Below, one piece after another: positions 36,808 through 46,627 of a DNA stretch of 64,000 nt. The notes beneath the pieces were generated by a model, which was not told the DNA's origin, did no database searches, and was given only the letters and a program-made list of their open reading frames with translations. Each line of letters starts with the position of its first letter. Positions within the stretch are counted from its first letter, which is position 1. The position numbers were made by a program, and so were the translations under genes. This DNA comes from a virus: IMG/VR virus record IMGVR_UViG_3300035232_000745; one strand, written 5' to 3'.

Positions 36808-37040
36808 TGTTTACAGTAGAAATTGATTGGGACGAGACAGCGGTAACAGTATTAGATCAAAGCGGAGAACATGAAGATGTTCAATTTCTTTTATACGAAG
36901 ACGCAGTCTATATTAGACAATTTGATAATGACTCAAACCGCCATACAGTTATTGAAATGTCACCCGATCAATTTCATGAATTAATGGCGGCAATGGATTT
37001 ACCAGATGGCGCATACTTGTTAGGAGATAAAAATGATTAA
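36807..37040 (+). CDS. Hypothetical protein
   Basis: Coupled ORF. Confidence 0.55.
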   Translation: MFTVEIDWDETAVTVLDQSGEHEDVQFLLYEDAVYIRQFDNDSNRHTVIEMSPDQFHELMAAMDLPDGAYLLGDKND

Positions 37041-37287
37041 AATCTACGGAACTCCAACTTGTGGCTTTTGTTTAAGAGCAAAGAAACTAGCAGAAAGACA
37101 CGGATTAACTTACGAATATTTCGACGTTACATATTCAAAATATAGAGATCAAATGAATGAAGCTTTAGGATCTAAAACTGCTGAAACTGTACCTCAGATT
37201 TGGTGGTATGATAAACACATTGGCGGTTATCAAGAGTTCTCAGAAGAAATAGATAATACGAGAACTTATGGAGATGGCGGGTTTTAA
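37033..37287 (+). CDS. nrdC: Glutaredoxin
   Basis: CGFC, TVPQI, IGGY. Confidence 0.9.
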   Translation: MIKIYGTPTCGFCLRAKKLAERHGLTYEYFDVTYSKYRDQMNEALGSKTAETVPQIWWYDKHIGGYQEFSEEIDNTRTYGDGGF

Positions 37288-37289
37288 CC

Positions 37290-37326
37290 GTTTACATGCA
37301 TGCTCAAATAGCTTATACTGATTCTA
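37290..37326 (+). promoter_or_regulatory. Early promoter GTTTACA-N17-TATACT-GATTC
   Basis: Repeated promoter family. Confidence 0.85.
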
Positions 37327-37349
37327 GAAACAAGGTATAGGACGAAAAA

Positions 37350-37640
37350 ATGAACGCTCAAAACTTCTGGATCAAAACTGAATTAACAAACGTTGAAGCA
37401 TTAATCGTAGAGTATAACGAATGTGCAGAAAGTTGCATAGAAGATCTTAAAGATGTATATTTGAGCGACTCAGCTGACTACCAGGCAGCTTTAGAAATGT
37501 TCCGTATGTCAGATGCAGAAAAGCTCGCAGCTCATGTTTCTGACTTAGATACGTGCTCACGTGACAATCTGGTAGTAGCATTTCAGAAAGATTGTGGTGA
37601 CGAATTCGTTGAAGATATTCTTGGTTTTACTTTAAGATAA
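37350..37640 (+). CDS. Early hypothetical protein
   Basis: Directly after an early promoter. Confidence 0.65.
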   Translation: MNAQNFWIKTELTNVEALIVEYNECAESCIEDLKDVYLSDSADYQAALEMFRMSDAEKLAAHVSDLDTCSRDNLVVAFQKDCGDEFVEDILGFTLR

Positions 37641-37647
37641 ATTAGCT

Positions 37648-37686
37648 GTTTACAAGCCTGTTAAAAAGCCGTATACTGATTCTATA
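37648..37686 (+). promoter_or_regulatory. Early promoter GTTTACA-N17-TATACT-GATTC
   Basis: Repeated promoter family. Confidence 0.85.
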
Positions 37687-37710
37687 AGCTGAAACAAAGA
37701 AAGAAATAAA

Positions 37711-37974
37711 ATGACACACACAATCACAAACTTAACTAACGGCGTAACTTATAAATCAGACATCGTTGCTTCATTTGAAAAAGCAATCGTTAGTGAAGAA
37801 AACCTTGAGCAAGGTTATGGTTCAACCGGCTTTTGGAACTATGTTTCAGCAGACATGCATATGGATCTTAGCACGTGGTACGCAGCAACATTGATCGACG
37901 AAGCTTTCGATTACATGGTCGACTTGCATGATGAAGATCGTGCTGCTGAAATCAATATGTTGGAGTTTGTATAA
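37711..37974 (+). CDS. Early hypothetical protein
   Basis: After an early promoter; FWNYVSADM. Confidence 0.65.
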   Translation: MTHTITNLTNGVTYKSDIVASFEKAIVSEENLEQGYGSTGFWNYVSADMHMDLSTWYAATLIDEAFDYMVDLHDEDRAAEINMLEFV

Positions 37975-38139
37975 TGCGTATTAAAGGTGCAATGACTGTT
38001 TTAAATAAGCAGTGTGATTTTTTAGGAATGAACTTTGAGCAACTTATCGAGTTCATAGAACGTGCTCCATTAGCACAAAATAATGCTACTATTCAAGCGT
38101 ATAAGGTTTATAAGCTTGATAGTAGAAGTAGGAGATAAA

Positions 38140-38334
38140 ATGAAAGTAACTATGGTCGATCCACCTTCAGGGTGGAAATATGGTTTTCCAAAAGCGTTAC
38201 CGAATCCCTTGCCTCAGCCATGGAGTTTAGCTCTGTGGCTGATCTCAGAAGGTTATCCAGAAATAGAACTAACGAGATTTGGCGATTTCTTTCTATACGT
38301 AAGACAATGGGAACAAGATGATGACAGAGAATGA
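38140..38334 (+). CDS. Hypothetical protein
   Basis: VDPPSGWKYGFPK phage motif; AGGAG RBS. Confidence 0.6.
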   Translation: MKVTMVDPPSGWKYGFPKALPNPLPQPWSLALWLISEGYPEIELTRFGDFFLYVRQWEQDDDRE

Positions 38335-38718
38335 TCCTTATAAAGATGTAACTCGAGTTGAAGTCATAGATAACAACGGAAGAGTTTACGCAAAGCATTC
38401 AGTTGAACGTGTTTGGCTTTCAGAGCAAGACGATGGTCGAACTCTGAAAGTTTTTGTTACGTTTGAAGAACAAGAGGAGATTTGCATTGATTGAGGTATG
38501 GACATTAGTGTTTATCAATATAATGTTTAACGCTAGTTCGGGTTATCAAGAACCGATTATCGAAGGATATTGGAAATACGATACTATGATTGAATGTTTT
38601 CAAGCTCGTTCTGTATTAGGATTTGAATACACTGGAAACCCTGGACATTTTCCTGAAGGAACTCAAGCTGTATGTATCAGACAAATGATGGAACCAGCAT
38701 AAATAACTTCATAGCATT

Positions 38719-39153
38719 ATGGAGAATATTATGTGGTACTACAAGGGTGCAGAGTTTACTTCCGAGATGATTGAAGATTACATAGGATTTTTATATGTGA
38801 TTACCGATAGATCTAACGATAAGAAATATGTAGGAAAGAAATTGCTTAAATCTACAAGGCGACTTCCTCCTCTAAAGGGTAAAACGCGTAAAAGAAAAAA
38901 AGTAGTCGAATCAGACTGGAAAAAATACTATGGATCATCAGATGAAGTCAAAATGATGGTCGAAGAAAAAGGAGAAGATAATTTCCACAGAGAGATAATT
39001 ACTCTCTGTATGACAAAAGGTGAGCTTGGCTATCTAGAAGCTAAGTACCAATTCGATCATAATGTTTTATTACGAGATGACTACTACAACGGTATTATTC
39101 AATGCCGCATCCATAAGAATCATGTGAAAGGATTGACATTTTTATTAGAATGA
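38719..39153 (+). CDS. GIY-YIG-family (Seg-like) nuclease
   Basis: GFLYVIT...KYVGKK...YYGSS...YLE...YYN. Confidence 0.75.
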   Translation: MENIMWYYKGAEFTSEMIEDYIGFLYVITDRSNDKKYVGKKLLKSTRRLPPLKGKTRKRKKVVESDWKKYYGSSDEVKMMVEEKGEDNFHREIITLCMTKGELGYLEAKYQFDHNVLLRDDYYNGIIQCRIHKNHVKGLTFLLE

Positions 39154-39193
39154 TGTATAATATTATTAGACTGTGAAACCTTGGAGAAATTAA

Positions 39194-39421
39194 ATGATCA
39201 TCACACGCACATCAGCATACTCTGGAAAAGAACATAAAAGAAACATCGCATTAGATCCTAATGACTGGGTTCTATACCAAAAAGGATACGGTAACATAAA
39301 CGAAATGATGCCTTATCTTACAGATCAAGATCGTGAATTTATTTTGTCTGGCATGATCCCACAAGAGTGGAAAGAAGCTTGCGCAGAAATTAATAATATA
39401 GTTGAGGACACGATTGCATGA
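39194..39421 (+). CDS. Hypothetical protein
   Basis: Preceded by TTGACA-N17-TATAAT (39133-39161); REFILSG..P.EW. Confidence 0.6.
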   Translation: MIITRTSAYSGKEHKRNIALDPNDWVLYQKGYGNINEMMPYLTDQDREFILSGMIPQEWKEACAEINNIVEDTIA

Positions 39422-40107
39422 TAATACTTTTTAACGGCCCACCCAGCGCTGGGAAAGATTGCGCTGCAGATTATTTTAAACACGGTAAAGGTTGGAAACA
39501 CCTTTCTTTTAAATATCAATTATATAAAGAAACTTGCAAATATTTTGATTGTAGATACGATTGGTTTATGGATCGTTATGATGATCGTTCTGTAAAAGAA
39601 GTTCCTCATATCGATTTAGGCCACATGTCATGTCGCGAGGCAATGATCTATGTTTCAGAAAAAGTAATTAAACCGAGACGTGGGTTAGATTATTTTGGTA
39701 AACAAGTGGCTGATGAAATTGACTTAAATAAGAACTACGCTATCTCTGATGGTGGATTTGTAGATGAGCTAATACCTGTTATAAATAAAGTTGGATCTAA
39801 AAATTTTATCTTAGTTCAACTTACAAGAGAAGGATGTGATTATTCTTCTGACTCTCGTAGATACTTTGATGGCAATGTAGTTCAAGAACATATTATAGGT
39901 CATATCACAGAAATTAATAATAAATACGTATTACCTCATAAGTTTGATGTAGTAACGCATAGAATACACAATAACGGAACAGTTCATGATTTCGAAACTG
40001 CGTTAGAAGACATATATCGAAAGGAATTTAATGGAGGAACGAGAACGAGCTACGAAGCCCAAAAAAGCAAAGCAGCCAATATTTTACGAGAACCCGTACG
40101 ATATTGA
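39418..40107 (+). CDS. Deoxynucleoside monophosphate kinase (gp1-like)
   Basis: NGPPSAGKD P-loop, ISDGGF.DE, DSRRY. Confidence 0.7.
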   Translation: MIILFNGPPSAGKDCAADYFKHGKGWKHLSFKYQLYKETCKYFDCRYDWFMDRYDDRSVKEVPHIDLGHMSCREAMIYVSEKVIKPRRGLDYFGKQVADEIDLNKNYAISDGGFVDELIPVINKVGSKNFILVQLTREGCDYSSDSRRYFDGNVVQEHIIGHITEINNKYVLPHKFDVVTHRIHNNGTVHDFETALEDIYRKEFNGGTRTSYEAQKSKAANILREPVRY

Positions 40108-40279
40108 AACGTTTATCGAAGGTTGTACTATAGCAGCCAAACAGAACAGAGAGTTTCAGTTTATAGATAGAGTAATAACGCATATGAGAATAGATCCTCT
40201 TCAAGAAGTTTCTACTGTCGTATTTAATGTTTTGACTAAAGATCTAGAACTAATGAAATTTGAAGAAAGAAAGTATTGA
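40031..40279 (+). CDS. Hypothetical protein
   Basis: AAGGA RBS; overlaps the kinase tail. Confidence 0.5.
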   Translation: MEERERATKPKKAKQPIFYENPYDIETFIEGCTIAAKQNREFQFIDRVITHMRIDPLQEVSTVVFNVLTKDLELMKFEERKY

Positions 40280-40338
40280 CATTTTTAAGTTTGCAGTTTA
40301 GATTAGGCTTACAACTTAAAATGAAAAGGAACTAAATT

Positions 40339-40596
40339 ATGGATAAAGATACAATCTTGACAGCACTACGTGCTGGAATCGTTAATATCACTTTTACAAA
40401 AGTAAATGGTGATAAGCGAGAAATGCGTTGCACGCTTGAGGCTTCAAAACTACCTCCTCAAAAGCCTGTAGACGAAACATCAATCAAACCAAAACGTAAA
40501 GTAAACCCAGACGTAGTTGCTGTGTTCGACCTCGATAACGAAGGTTGGCGCTCATTTCGTTGGGATAGCATTACGGAATTTAATACCGGAGCATAA
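40339..40596 (+). CDS. WYL_2/DUF2693 SH3-like protein
   Basis: FTKVNGDKREMRCTL...VFDLDNEGWRSFR; promoter TTGACA at 40276. Confidence 0.75.
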   Translation: MDKDTILTALRAGIVNITFTKVNGDKREMRCTLEASKLPPQKPVDETSIKPKRKVNPDVVAVFDLDNEGWRSFRWDSITEFNTGA

Positions 40597-40599
40597 TAC

Positions 40600-41565
40600 A
40601 TGAGTATGATTTATAAAGGTCAGGTCGTAGAGTCTGAGCAATCAAAAAATTCTAGTGGTGGCACAGAAATGATGCGACAACGTGTAATCGATAACGTGGA
40701 CTCTAATCTATTGGCAAATGTAGCGATACATTTTTCACGTCCTCGTGATATACCAACAGACGTAGGCCTTAATATTTTGTACTGTCATGATCTTGCTGAA
40801 GATCCTGAAAATAAAATCTTATTAAACGGCGGATGGAATAAATTTGATCATTTTGTTTTTGTAACACAATGGCAAAGAGATCAATATATCGGAGCATATG
40901 ATATACCTTATGCTATGTGCTCCGTAATTCCAAACGCTGTTGAAAAGAACTTTGTTGTACCTGAAAATAATGATCATCAAGGTAAAATTAAATTCATCTA
41001 TCATACTACTCCTCACCGAGGTTTAGAACTGGTATATCCAATCATTGATCAGTTATCTAAAGAGTATAATGATATTCATCTTGATGTATATTCTTCGTTT
41101 GCTATTTACGGCTGGGCTCATAGAGATGAGCCATATGTAGATTTGTTTACTAGAATACATAATCACCCTAATATGACTTATCATGGTTCTGTTCCAAATG
41201 CTCAAGTGTTAGCTGCATTAGATAAAGCAGATATATTCTTGTATCCAAACATTTGGAAAGAAACTTCATGTATCGCGCTGATCGAAGCTATTAAAAGCGG
41301 AGTATTGTGCATTCATCCAAATTATGGCGCTTTAACAGAAACAAGTGGTGGAGCAACGATTTCATATGACTACACAGAAGATCCGCAAGATCATGCGAAC
41401 GTGGCATATTCAGTTACAAAACAGGTTATCGAAACACACAAAGCAGATAATCAATTCTTTAAGAAGTTTACTACGAGTGATAGAGCCTTCTTAACCCGCA
41501 ATACAATTGACATATTCCAAAATCGTTGGAATAAACTTATAAGTGAACTAAATGAGCAAAGATAA
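40600..41565 (+). CDS. GT-B (GT4-like) glycosyltransferase
   Basis: GGTE, YHTTPHRGL, YPNIWKETSCIALIEA, GALTET. Confidence 0.85.
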   Translation: MSMIYKGQVVESEQSKNSSGGTEMMRQRVIDNVDSNLLANVAIHFSRPRDIPTDVGLNILYCHDLAEDPENKILLNGGWNKFDHFVFVTQWQRDQYIGAYDIPYAMCSVIPNAVEKNFVVPENNDHQGKIKFIYHTTPHRGLELVYPIIDQLSKEYNDIHLDVYSSFAIYGWAHRDEPYVDLFTRIHNHPNMTYHGSVPNAQVLAALDKADIFLYPNIWKETSCIALIEAIKSGVLCIHPNYGALTETSGGATISYDYTEDPQDHANVAYSVTKQVIETHKADNQFFKKFTTSDRAFLTRNTIDIFQNRWNKLISELNEQR

Positions 41566-41908
41566 TATCATATCATTTCCAAAAGACAAACTGCTAACTC
41601 CACCGCAAAATGCACAGGAGTTAGCAGATTCAGTAAAAGAATTTAAACTTGGTCATGCAGATCAAATTTCTGAAGCTCTTTGGCAATACGTTTTAACTGA
41701 AATGATAAGATCAGGTGTAGTTTTCGAACAAGACACTATGAAATATTTTCCAGCCATGGTTCTTATTCTTGAGTCAATTAAATCTCTTCACTTACTAACA
41801 AACTCAATACATCATCCTTTACAAGACTTCGCTAGTGACTCAATCGATATAGAAGCGTTTGAAGAAGAACTGAAAGATGTTGTTGACATTTCTGATGATG
41901 AAGAGTAA
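41552..41908 (+). CDS. Conserved hypothetical protein
   Basis: NIISFP...HHPLQ; upstream of rnh. Confidence 0.55.
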   Translation: MSKDNIISFPKDKLLTPPQNAQELADSVKEFKLGHADQISEALWQYVLTEMIRSGVVFEQDTMKYFPAMVLILESIKSLHLLTNSIHHPLQDFASDSIDIEAFEEELKDVVDISDDEE

Positions 41909-41944
41909 TATATAATTTATACAATGTAAAAATGAGAAAATAAA

Positions 41945-42805
41945 ATGGCTATACTAATAGACTACAATCAGGTTATCTTAGCCTCGTTATTCGCGAGTAT
42001 CGGTAATCATACAAACATAGAGATAGATGAGAATATCATCCGTCATATGTTCCTTAATTCTTTACGACAGAACCGCAAGAAATTCAATGAAGAATACGGC
42101 GAAATCGTAATCTGCGCGGATGGAAAAAACACGTGGAGAAAAGAAGCTTACCCTTATTACAAAGCGAATCGTAAAACGAGTCGTGATAAATCCGATCTTG
42201 ATTGGACTAATCTATTTAATATTATGAATACAGTAAGAGAAGAACTTAAAGATTACTTCCCTTATAAAGTAATACATATTGATAGATGTGAAGCTGATGA
42301 TATCATCGGTACAATCATTCATGATAATGGAACTGAACTTAATATGGGTGCTGAAAAATTCTTAATATTATCAGCAGATAAAGATTTTATTCAATTGCAA
42401 ACATATGCTAATGTTAAGCAATATGATCCAATTCGTAAGCGTTGGCTTGATAATCCAGATCCTTCTGGTTACTTAGAAGAGCATATTATTAAAGGCGATT
42501 CAGGAGATGGAGTACCAAATATTCTGTCAGCAGATAATTGCTTAGCAATTCGTGAGCGCCAGAAAGCTATGACACAAAAGAGATTAGCTTTATATAAAGG
42601 TACTACTGAAAATATGGATGAAGAGACTTTACGTCGTTATCATAGAAATAAGATGATGATTGATCTCACAGAAATCCCTCAGAAGTATAAAGATCAAATT
42701 CGTTCAGAATTCGACAAAGAAAAAGAAGTTGGTCGTTCACAACTATTTAACTTCTTTATTAAAAAGAAACTTAAAAACTTAGTTACAGATATACAGGATT
42801 TTTAA
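41945..42805 (+). CDS. rnh: T4 RNase H (5'-3' flap exonuclease)
   Basis: YYKANR, EADDIIG, SADKDFIQL, KGDSGDGVPNI. Confidence 0.95.
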   Translation: MAILIDYNQVILASLFASIGNHTNIEIDENIIRHMFLNSLRQNRKKFNEEYGEIVICADGKNTWRKEAYPYYKANRKTSRDKSDLDWTNLFNIMNTVREELKDYFPYKVIHIDRCEADDIIGTIIHDNGTELNMGAEKFLILSADKDFIQLQTYANVKQYDPIRKRWLDNPDPSGYLEEHIIKGDSGDGVPNILSADNCLAIRERQKAMTQKRLALYKGTTENMDEETLRRYHRNKMMIDLTEIPQKYKDQIRSEFDKEKEVGRSQLFNFFIKKKLKNLVTDIQDF

Positions 42806-42806
42806 T

Positions 42807-43232
42807 ATGGCAGTAAGAATATCAATTTCGGAAATTTGTGCAAAGTGTGACTCTCTTGGTCGTGCAGAAAAGGTTGAATGGTTAAAGCAAAACGACTCAG
42901 GTCCGCTTAGAACTATTCTAAAGAATATATATGATAAGAACGTTGAATTTTTGATACCCGACACTCCTCCGCCTTGGGAGAAAAACGAATACGAAGACGA
43001 AGCAAAAGCTTTACTATTTAGAGAAGCTCGTCGTCTTAAGATATTCATTAAAGGCGGAGGGTATGATCAGCTTAATCAAATAAAACGCGAAGCTTTGTTT
43101 ATATCATTACTTGAAGATATAGATAACGATGATGCCGAGTTATTGGCAAATAATATGATCTCAAAAAAGTCTATCAAAGGACTTACCAAATCCTGTGTTA
43201 TGGAAGCATTTCCAAACCTAATAGAAGAATAA
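42807..43232 (+). CDS. Conserved T4-like hypothetical protein
   Basis: KREALFISLLE...AFP pattern. Confidence 0.65.
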   Translation: MAVRISISEICAKCDSLGRAEKVEWLKQNDSGPLRTILKNIYDKNVEFLIPDTPPPWEKNEYEDEAKALLFREARRLKIFIKGGGYDQLNQIKREALFISLLEDIDNDDAELLANNMISKKSIKGLTKSCVMEAFPNLIEE

Positions 43233-43238
43233 TGAAAA

Positions 43239-43412
43239 ATGGCTAAAACTTTTAAAAAATTTCGAGAAGAATACGATGAATGGGGTTTAGATGAAGACAA
43301 CTCTGTTTCAGCGAAAGAAGAACGAATGAAAAATCGTAGAGATAGAAAACGAAATAAGCGACAAGAAAAATTAGCTAATTTCGATGAAAAAGACGATAAA
43401 AAAAGAAAATAG
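43239..43412 (+). CDS. 57-aa charged hypothetical protein (not in ORF track)
   Basis: MAKTFKKFREE...; fills the gap. Confidence 0.5.
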   Translation: MAKTFKKFREEYDEWGLDEDNSVSAKEERMKNRRDRKRNKRQEKLANFDEKDDKKRK

Positions 43413-43414
43413 CC

Positions 43415-43451
43415 GTTTACATCTATACCCACACAGGTTATTCTGATTCTA
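43415..43451 (+). promoter_or_regulatory. Early promoter GTTTACA-N17-TATTCT-GATTC
   Basis: Repeated promoter family. Confidence 0.85.
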
Positions 43452-43481
43452 GATAAACAAATCAAGATAAGGAATATAAAA

Positions 43482-43868
43482 ATGGGTACTTCAGCGATGA
43501 TCGGTAAAATAATGCCAGACGGTTCAGTAACGGCAACTTACTGCCATTACGATGGCTACGTTTCTTACATGGGCCGTCTTCTATCTCAGTCATATAATAC
43601 TCCTGAACTTGCAAAAACAGTTGCAGAAACAGGTTATTTGTCGTCATTAACCGAAGATTTAGAGTCTTCAAAAGAACGCGCAGTACATAAAAATCCTCCT
43701 GTAGAATACAATAAAGCAGAAACTTTCTTAAAGTGCGGCGACAATCGCGAAGGTGCAAACTATCTTTACCTTTTTGACGGACAAGATTGGTTGGTATCAT
43801 CTACTCAGTTTCGTGGAAGAGATCGTTTTTGGACACTTGTATCAGATGTTCTTAAAAAAAGTGCGTAA
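43482..43868 (+). CDS. Early hypothetical protein (YCHYDGY family)
   Basis: MGTS..IG...YCHYDGY...YLYLF. Confidence 0.7.
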   Translation: MGTSAMIGKIMPDGSVTATYCHYDGYVSYMGRLLSQSYNTPELAKTVAETGYLSSLTEDLESSKERAVHKNPPVEYNKAETFLKCGDNREGANYLYLFDGQDWLVSSTQFRGRDRFWTLVSDVLKKSA

Positions 43869-43873
43869 TAACT

Positions 43874-43903
43874 GTTTACACTGGTTTAGAATCAGTGTAG
43901 ACT
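43874..43903 (+). promoter_or_regulatory. Early promoter GTTTACA-N17-TAGACT with GAATC in the spacer
   Basis: Repeated promoter family. Confidence 0.8.
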
Positions 43904-43939
43904 TAACTTATAAACAAACTTAACACAGGAAAAAACAAA

Positions 43940-44302
43940 ATGGCTACTACAATTACAAAATTCGATCGTTCAACACTTCGTAACTTGCGTGACGAAATGC
44001 AAGCTTTGCTTGAGTCATACGGCGTTCAAACAAACCTAGAATTTAATGTAGGAAACATGAGCTTTTCAGAAGCAGAAGTAAACATCAAAGTTGCAGCTAA
44101 AGTAAAAGGCGCAACTACACAAGTTGATCGTATCTTACAAATGGAAGCAGATCGTTTAGGTCTTGTTATGGAAAATGCACAAGGCGAAAAGTTAGTTTCT
44201 TATAAGACACGAGCACGCAAAACGCCTTTCATCTATTCAACACCAGATGGAAAAATGTATAGAACTGACGAGCGTGGCGCTCAAATGAGATTTTCAGCAT
44301 AA
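43940..44302 (+). CDS. Early hypothetical protein
   Basis: After an early promoter. Confidence 0.65.
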   Translation: MATTITKFDRSTLRNLRDEMQALLESYGVQTNLEFNVGNMSFSEAEVNIKVAAKVKGATTQVDRILQMEADRLGLVMENAQGEKLVSYKTRARKTPFIYSTPDGKMYRTDERGAQMRFSA

Positions 44303-44313
44303 AAGGAATATAA

Positions 44314-44892
44314 ATGAAAATTGACGAAAAATTAATATTAGTTGATTGTGATGGGGTACTGCTAGATTGGCAGTACTCCTTTTACAATTGGATGGCTAAA
44401 CGTGGACATCATCCGATCCTCGAAGATCAATATGATATGGGCAAAACATTCGATATGCCCTATTCAAAAGCAAAAGAAATGTGTGAATACTTCAATTGTT
44501 CAGCAGCAATAGGTTGGTTAACACCTTTTCGAGACGCAAAGAAATATGTACGAAAGTTACATGAAGATCATGGTTTCATATTTCATTGTATTACTTCTCT
44601 ATCTACAGATAAATACGCTGGTAAACTACGCAAAAAGAATCTTGAAGCAATCTTTGGTAAAAAGGTTTTTGAAGAAGTAATTTGTTTAGAATGTGGTGGA
44701 GATAAAGACGAAGCTTTAAAACCTTACCGTGATACCGGCTGTTTTTGGGTAGAAGATAAACCCGAAAATGCTGATTTAGGTTTAGAATTAGGCTTAAACT
44801 CTGTATTAATCCAGCATGATCATAATAAAAATTATGACGGAAACGCAATTAAAGTTGCCAATTGGCGCGAGATTTATGAACTGATATTATAA
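44314..44892 (+). CDS. HAD-family phosphatase/5'-nucleotidase (T4 30.2-like)
   Basis: LVDCDGVLLDW, WVEDK..NA. Confidence 0.8.
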   Translation: MKIDEKLILVDCDGVLLDWQYSFYNWMAKRGHHPILEDQYDMGKTFDMPYSKAKEMCEYFNCSAAIGWLTPFRDAKKYVRKLHEDHGFIFHCITSLSTDKYAGKLRKKNLEAIFGKKVFEEVICLECGGDKDEALKPYRDTGCFWVEDKPENADLGLELGLNSVLIQHDHNKNYDGNAIKVANWREIYELIL

Positions 44893-44915
44893 ATATAAAC
44901 ATGGAAGGAAACGTA

Positions 44916-45152
44916 TTGCCCAGCTATACTTTTAAAAATATTGACACAAATGAAATTTTTGACTCGATCATGACAATGGCCGAGAGGGAAACTTTCCTTA
45001 CAGAAAACCCGCAAATCAAACAACAAATTGGAAAGCCACCGTCTATCGGTGACTCCGTTCGTTTGGGCCTTAGAAAGCCAGACGACGGTTTTCGTGATGT
45101 ATTACGCAACGTTCAACATCATCATAAAAAGGATAATATCAATACATGGTAG
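44916..45152 (+). CDS. FmdB-like small protein (no Cys), TTG start
   Basis: PSYTF...; late promoter at 44888-44895. Confidence 0.55.
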   Translation: MPSYTFKNIDTNEIFDSIMTMAERETFLTENPQIKQQIGKPPSIGDSVRLGLRKPDDGFRDVLRNVQHHHKKDNINTW

Positions 45153-45171
45153 AATCCTTATAGGAGGTTTC

Positions 45172-45921
45172 ATGGCAAAACAGCGCAGACTATCCCGCAA
45201 AGAAAAACGCAGACAAGAAAGAGAGAAAGATCATTTAATGGGCATCTTAAACAATAAGTTTTCGATGCGAAAGATAAATCCTCTCACACCATCACAGGGT
45301 GATTTATTCGAGTCTTATTATCAAGGATACAATCTCGCAGCCATCGGAACAGCAGGTACAGGTAAAACAATGTGCGCTACTTTTTTAGCGTTACAAGATG
45401 TACTACAGAAAGGAGAGTATGAAAAGGTCGTCATTATAAGATCTGCAGTTCAGACAAGAGAGCAAGGTTTTATGCCAGGTTCTCAGGCACAGAAAGAGGC
45501 GGTATTTGAAGCACCATATACCGATATCGTAAATGACTTATTCGAAAGAAAGGATGCTTATCAACTATTAAAACAAAAAGGTATGATCGAGTTTAAGACT
45601 TCATCGTTTGTAAGAGGACTCACATTTGATAACGCAATCATCATTGTAGATGAATGCCAATCAATGACATACCACGAACTTGATAGTATAATTACACGAG
45701 TTGGAGAATCATCAAAAATCTTATTTTGTGGAGACACGAAACAAGATGATCTACAACAATCAAGAAATAGAAATGATGTAACTGGCTTGCATGACTTTAT
45801 TAAAGTTTTAATGGCAATTCCATCATTTGACGTAATTAGATTTGGCATAAGTGACATCGTACGCTCTGGATTAGTAAAGGAATATATTATGGCGAAAGAA
45901 AGGTTATTAGAGGTAGCATAA
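45172..45921 (+). CDS. phoH: PhoH-family ATPase
   Basis: GTAGTGKT, GFMPG, RGLTF, VDECQ, GDTKQ.D, DIVRSGLV. Confidence 0.95.
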   Translation: MAKQRRLSRKEKRRQEREKDHLMGILNNKFSMRKINPLTPSQGDLFESYYQGYNLAAIGTAGTGKTMCATFLALQDVLQKGEYEKVVIIRSAVQTREQGFMPGSQAQKEAVFEAPYTDIVNDLFERKDAYQLLKQKGMIEFKTSSFVRGLTFDNAIIIVDECQSMTYHELDSIITRVGESSKILFCGDTKQDDLQQSRNRNDVTGLHDFIKVLMAIPSFDVIRFGISDIVRSGLVKEYIMAKERLLEVA

Positions 45922-46220
45922 TGCCATCAGTAATAAGGAAAGGTATAGACTCGCATATAGGTCATGCGTCACCTACGCCCAGCCCTTTTCATAAATCAAA
46001 ATACAATGTCGCAGGACAAGGCAAGGTTACCGCAGAAGGTGGCCTTGTCGTTACTACTGCAGGATCCACATCTTGTGGTGATGATGCCGTAGGTGGTTCA
46101 TCGAAAGTGACAGCAGGAGGATACCCAGTACATAGAACTGGTGACGCAACAAGTGGTCATGGTTCTTGGGTTGCAAATGCTGCATCTTCGGGTTCGACAA
46201 AGGTAACAGCCGGCGGATAA
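45921..46220 (+). CDS. PAAR spike-tip protein (gp5.4-like)
   Basis: GH...CGD...GSSKVTAGG.PVHRTGD...H. Confidence 0.8.
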   Translation: MPSVIRKGIDSHIGHASPTPSPFHKSKYNVAGQGKVTAEGGLVVTTAGSTSCGDDAVGGSSKVTAGGYPVHRTGDATSGHGSWVANAASSGSTKVTAGG

Positions 46221-46228
46221 ATAGGATT

Positions 46229-46627
46229 ATGGCAAATCCTGATTACGCAACATTATTATCCTTAATAGCCGCAGAGAGCGATCCTGCGGCTAAAGCTATT
46301 TTAGAAGCACAATGTTATGTGTTTAGTGAAGAGCTAACTGAAGCTGAGAGAGAATTATTTGAATTCCACGCATTTGAACATACAGAAGATAATCCAGGTT
46401 ATGTAGACGGCTCATACCAAGCGCCAGGTCTTTACGTTCTCGAAGGCTATGTTCTTGAGGGTTATATAAATACACAGAGCGAGTTAGAAACAGGATTATA
46501 TGTGGTAGCAGGATATGTTATCGACAATTATATAAATACACCAAACGAACAGAATATTGGCAATAATCCTAGCGGTTGGACCGCTTATGTAGGTCAATAC
46601 TATAGCGAAAACGGGGAAGTATCATAA
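46229..46627 (+). CDS. Hypothetical virion protein with YV..GYV repeats
   Basis: GLYVLEGYVLEGYINT / GLYVVAGYVIDNYINT. Confidence 0.55.
   Translation: MANPDYATLLSLIAAESDPAAKAILEAQCYVFSEELTEAERELFEFHAFEHTEDNPGYVDGSYQAPGLYVLEGYVLEGYINTQSELETGLYVVAGYVIDNYINTPNEQNIGNNPSGWTAYVGQYYSENGEVS

Noticed and set aside
38719-39153. GIY-YIG gene as an active mobile homing element
   Set aside because: It is short, lacks an evident C-terminal DNA-binding extension and does not interrupt a gene; more likely a resident conserved nuclease.
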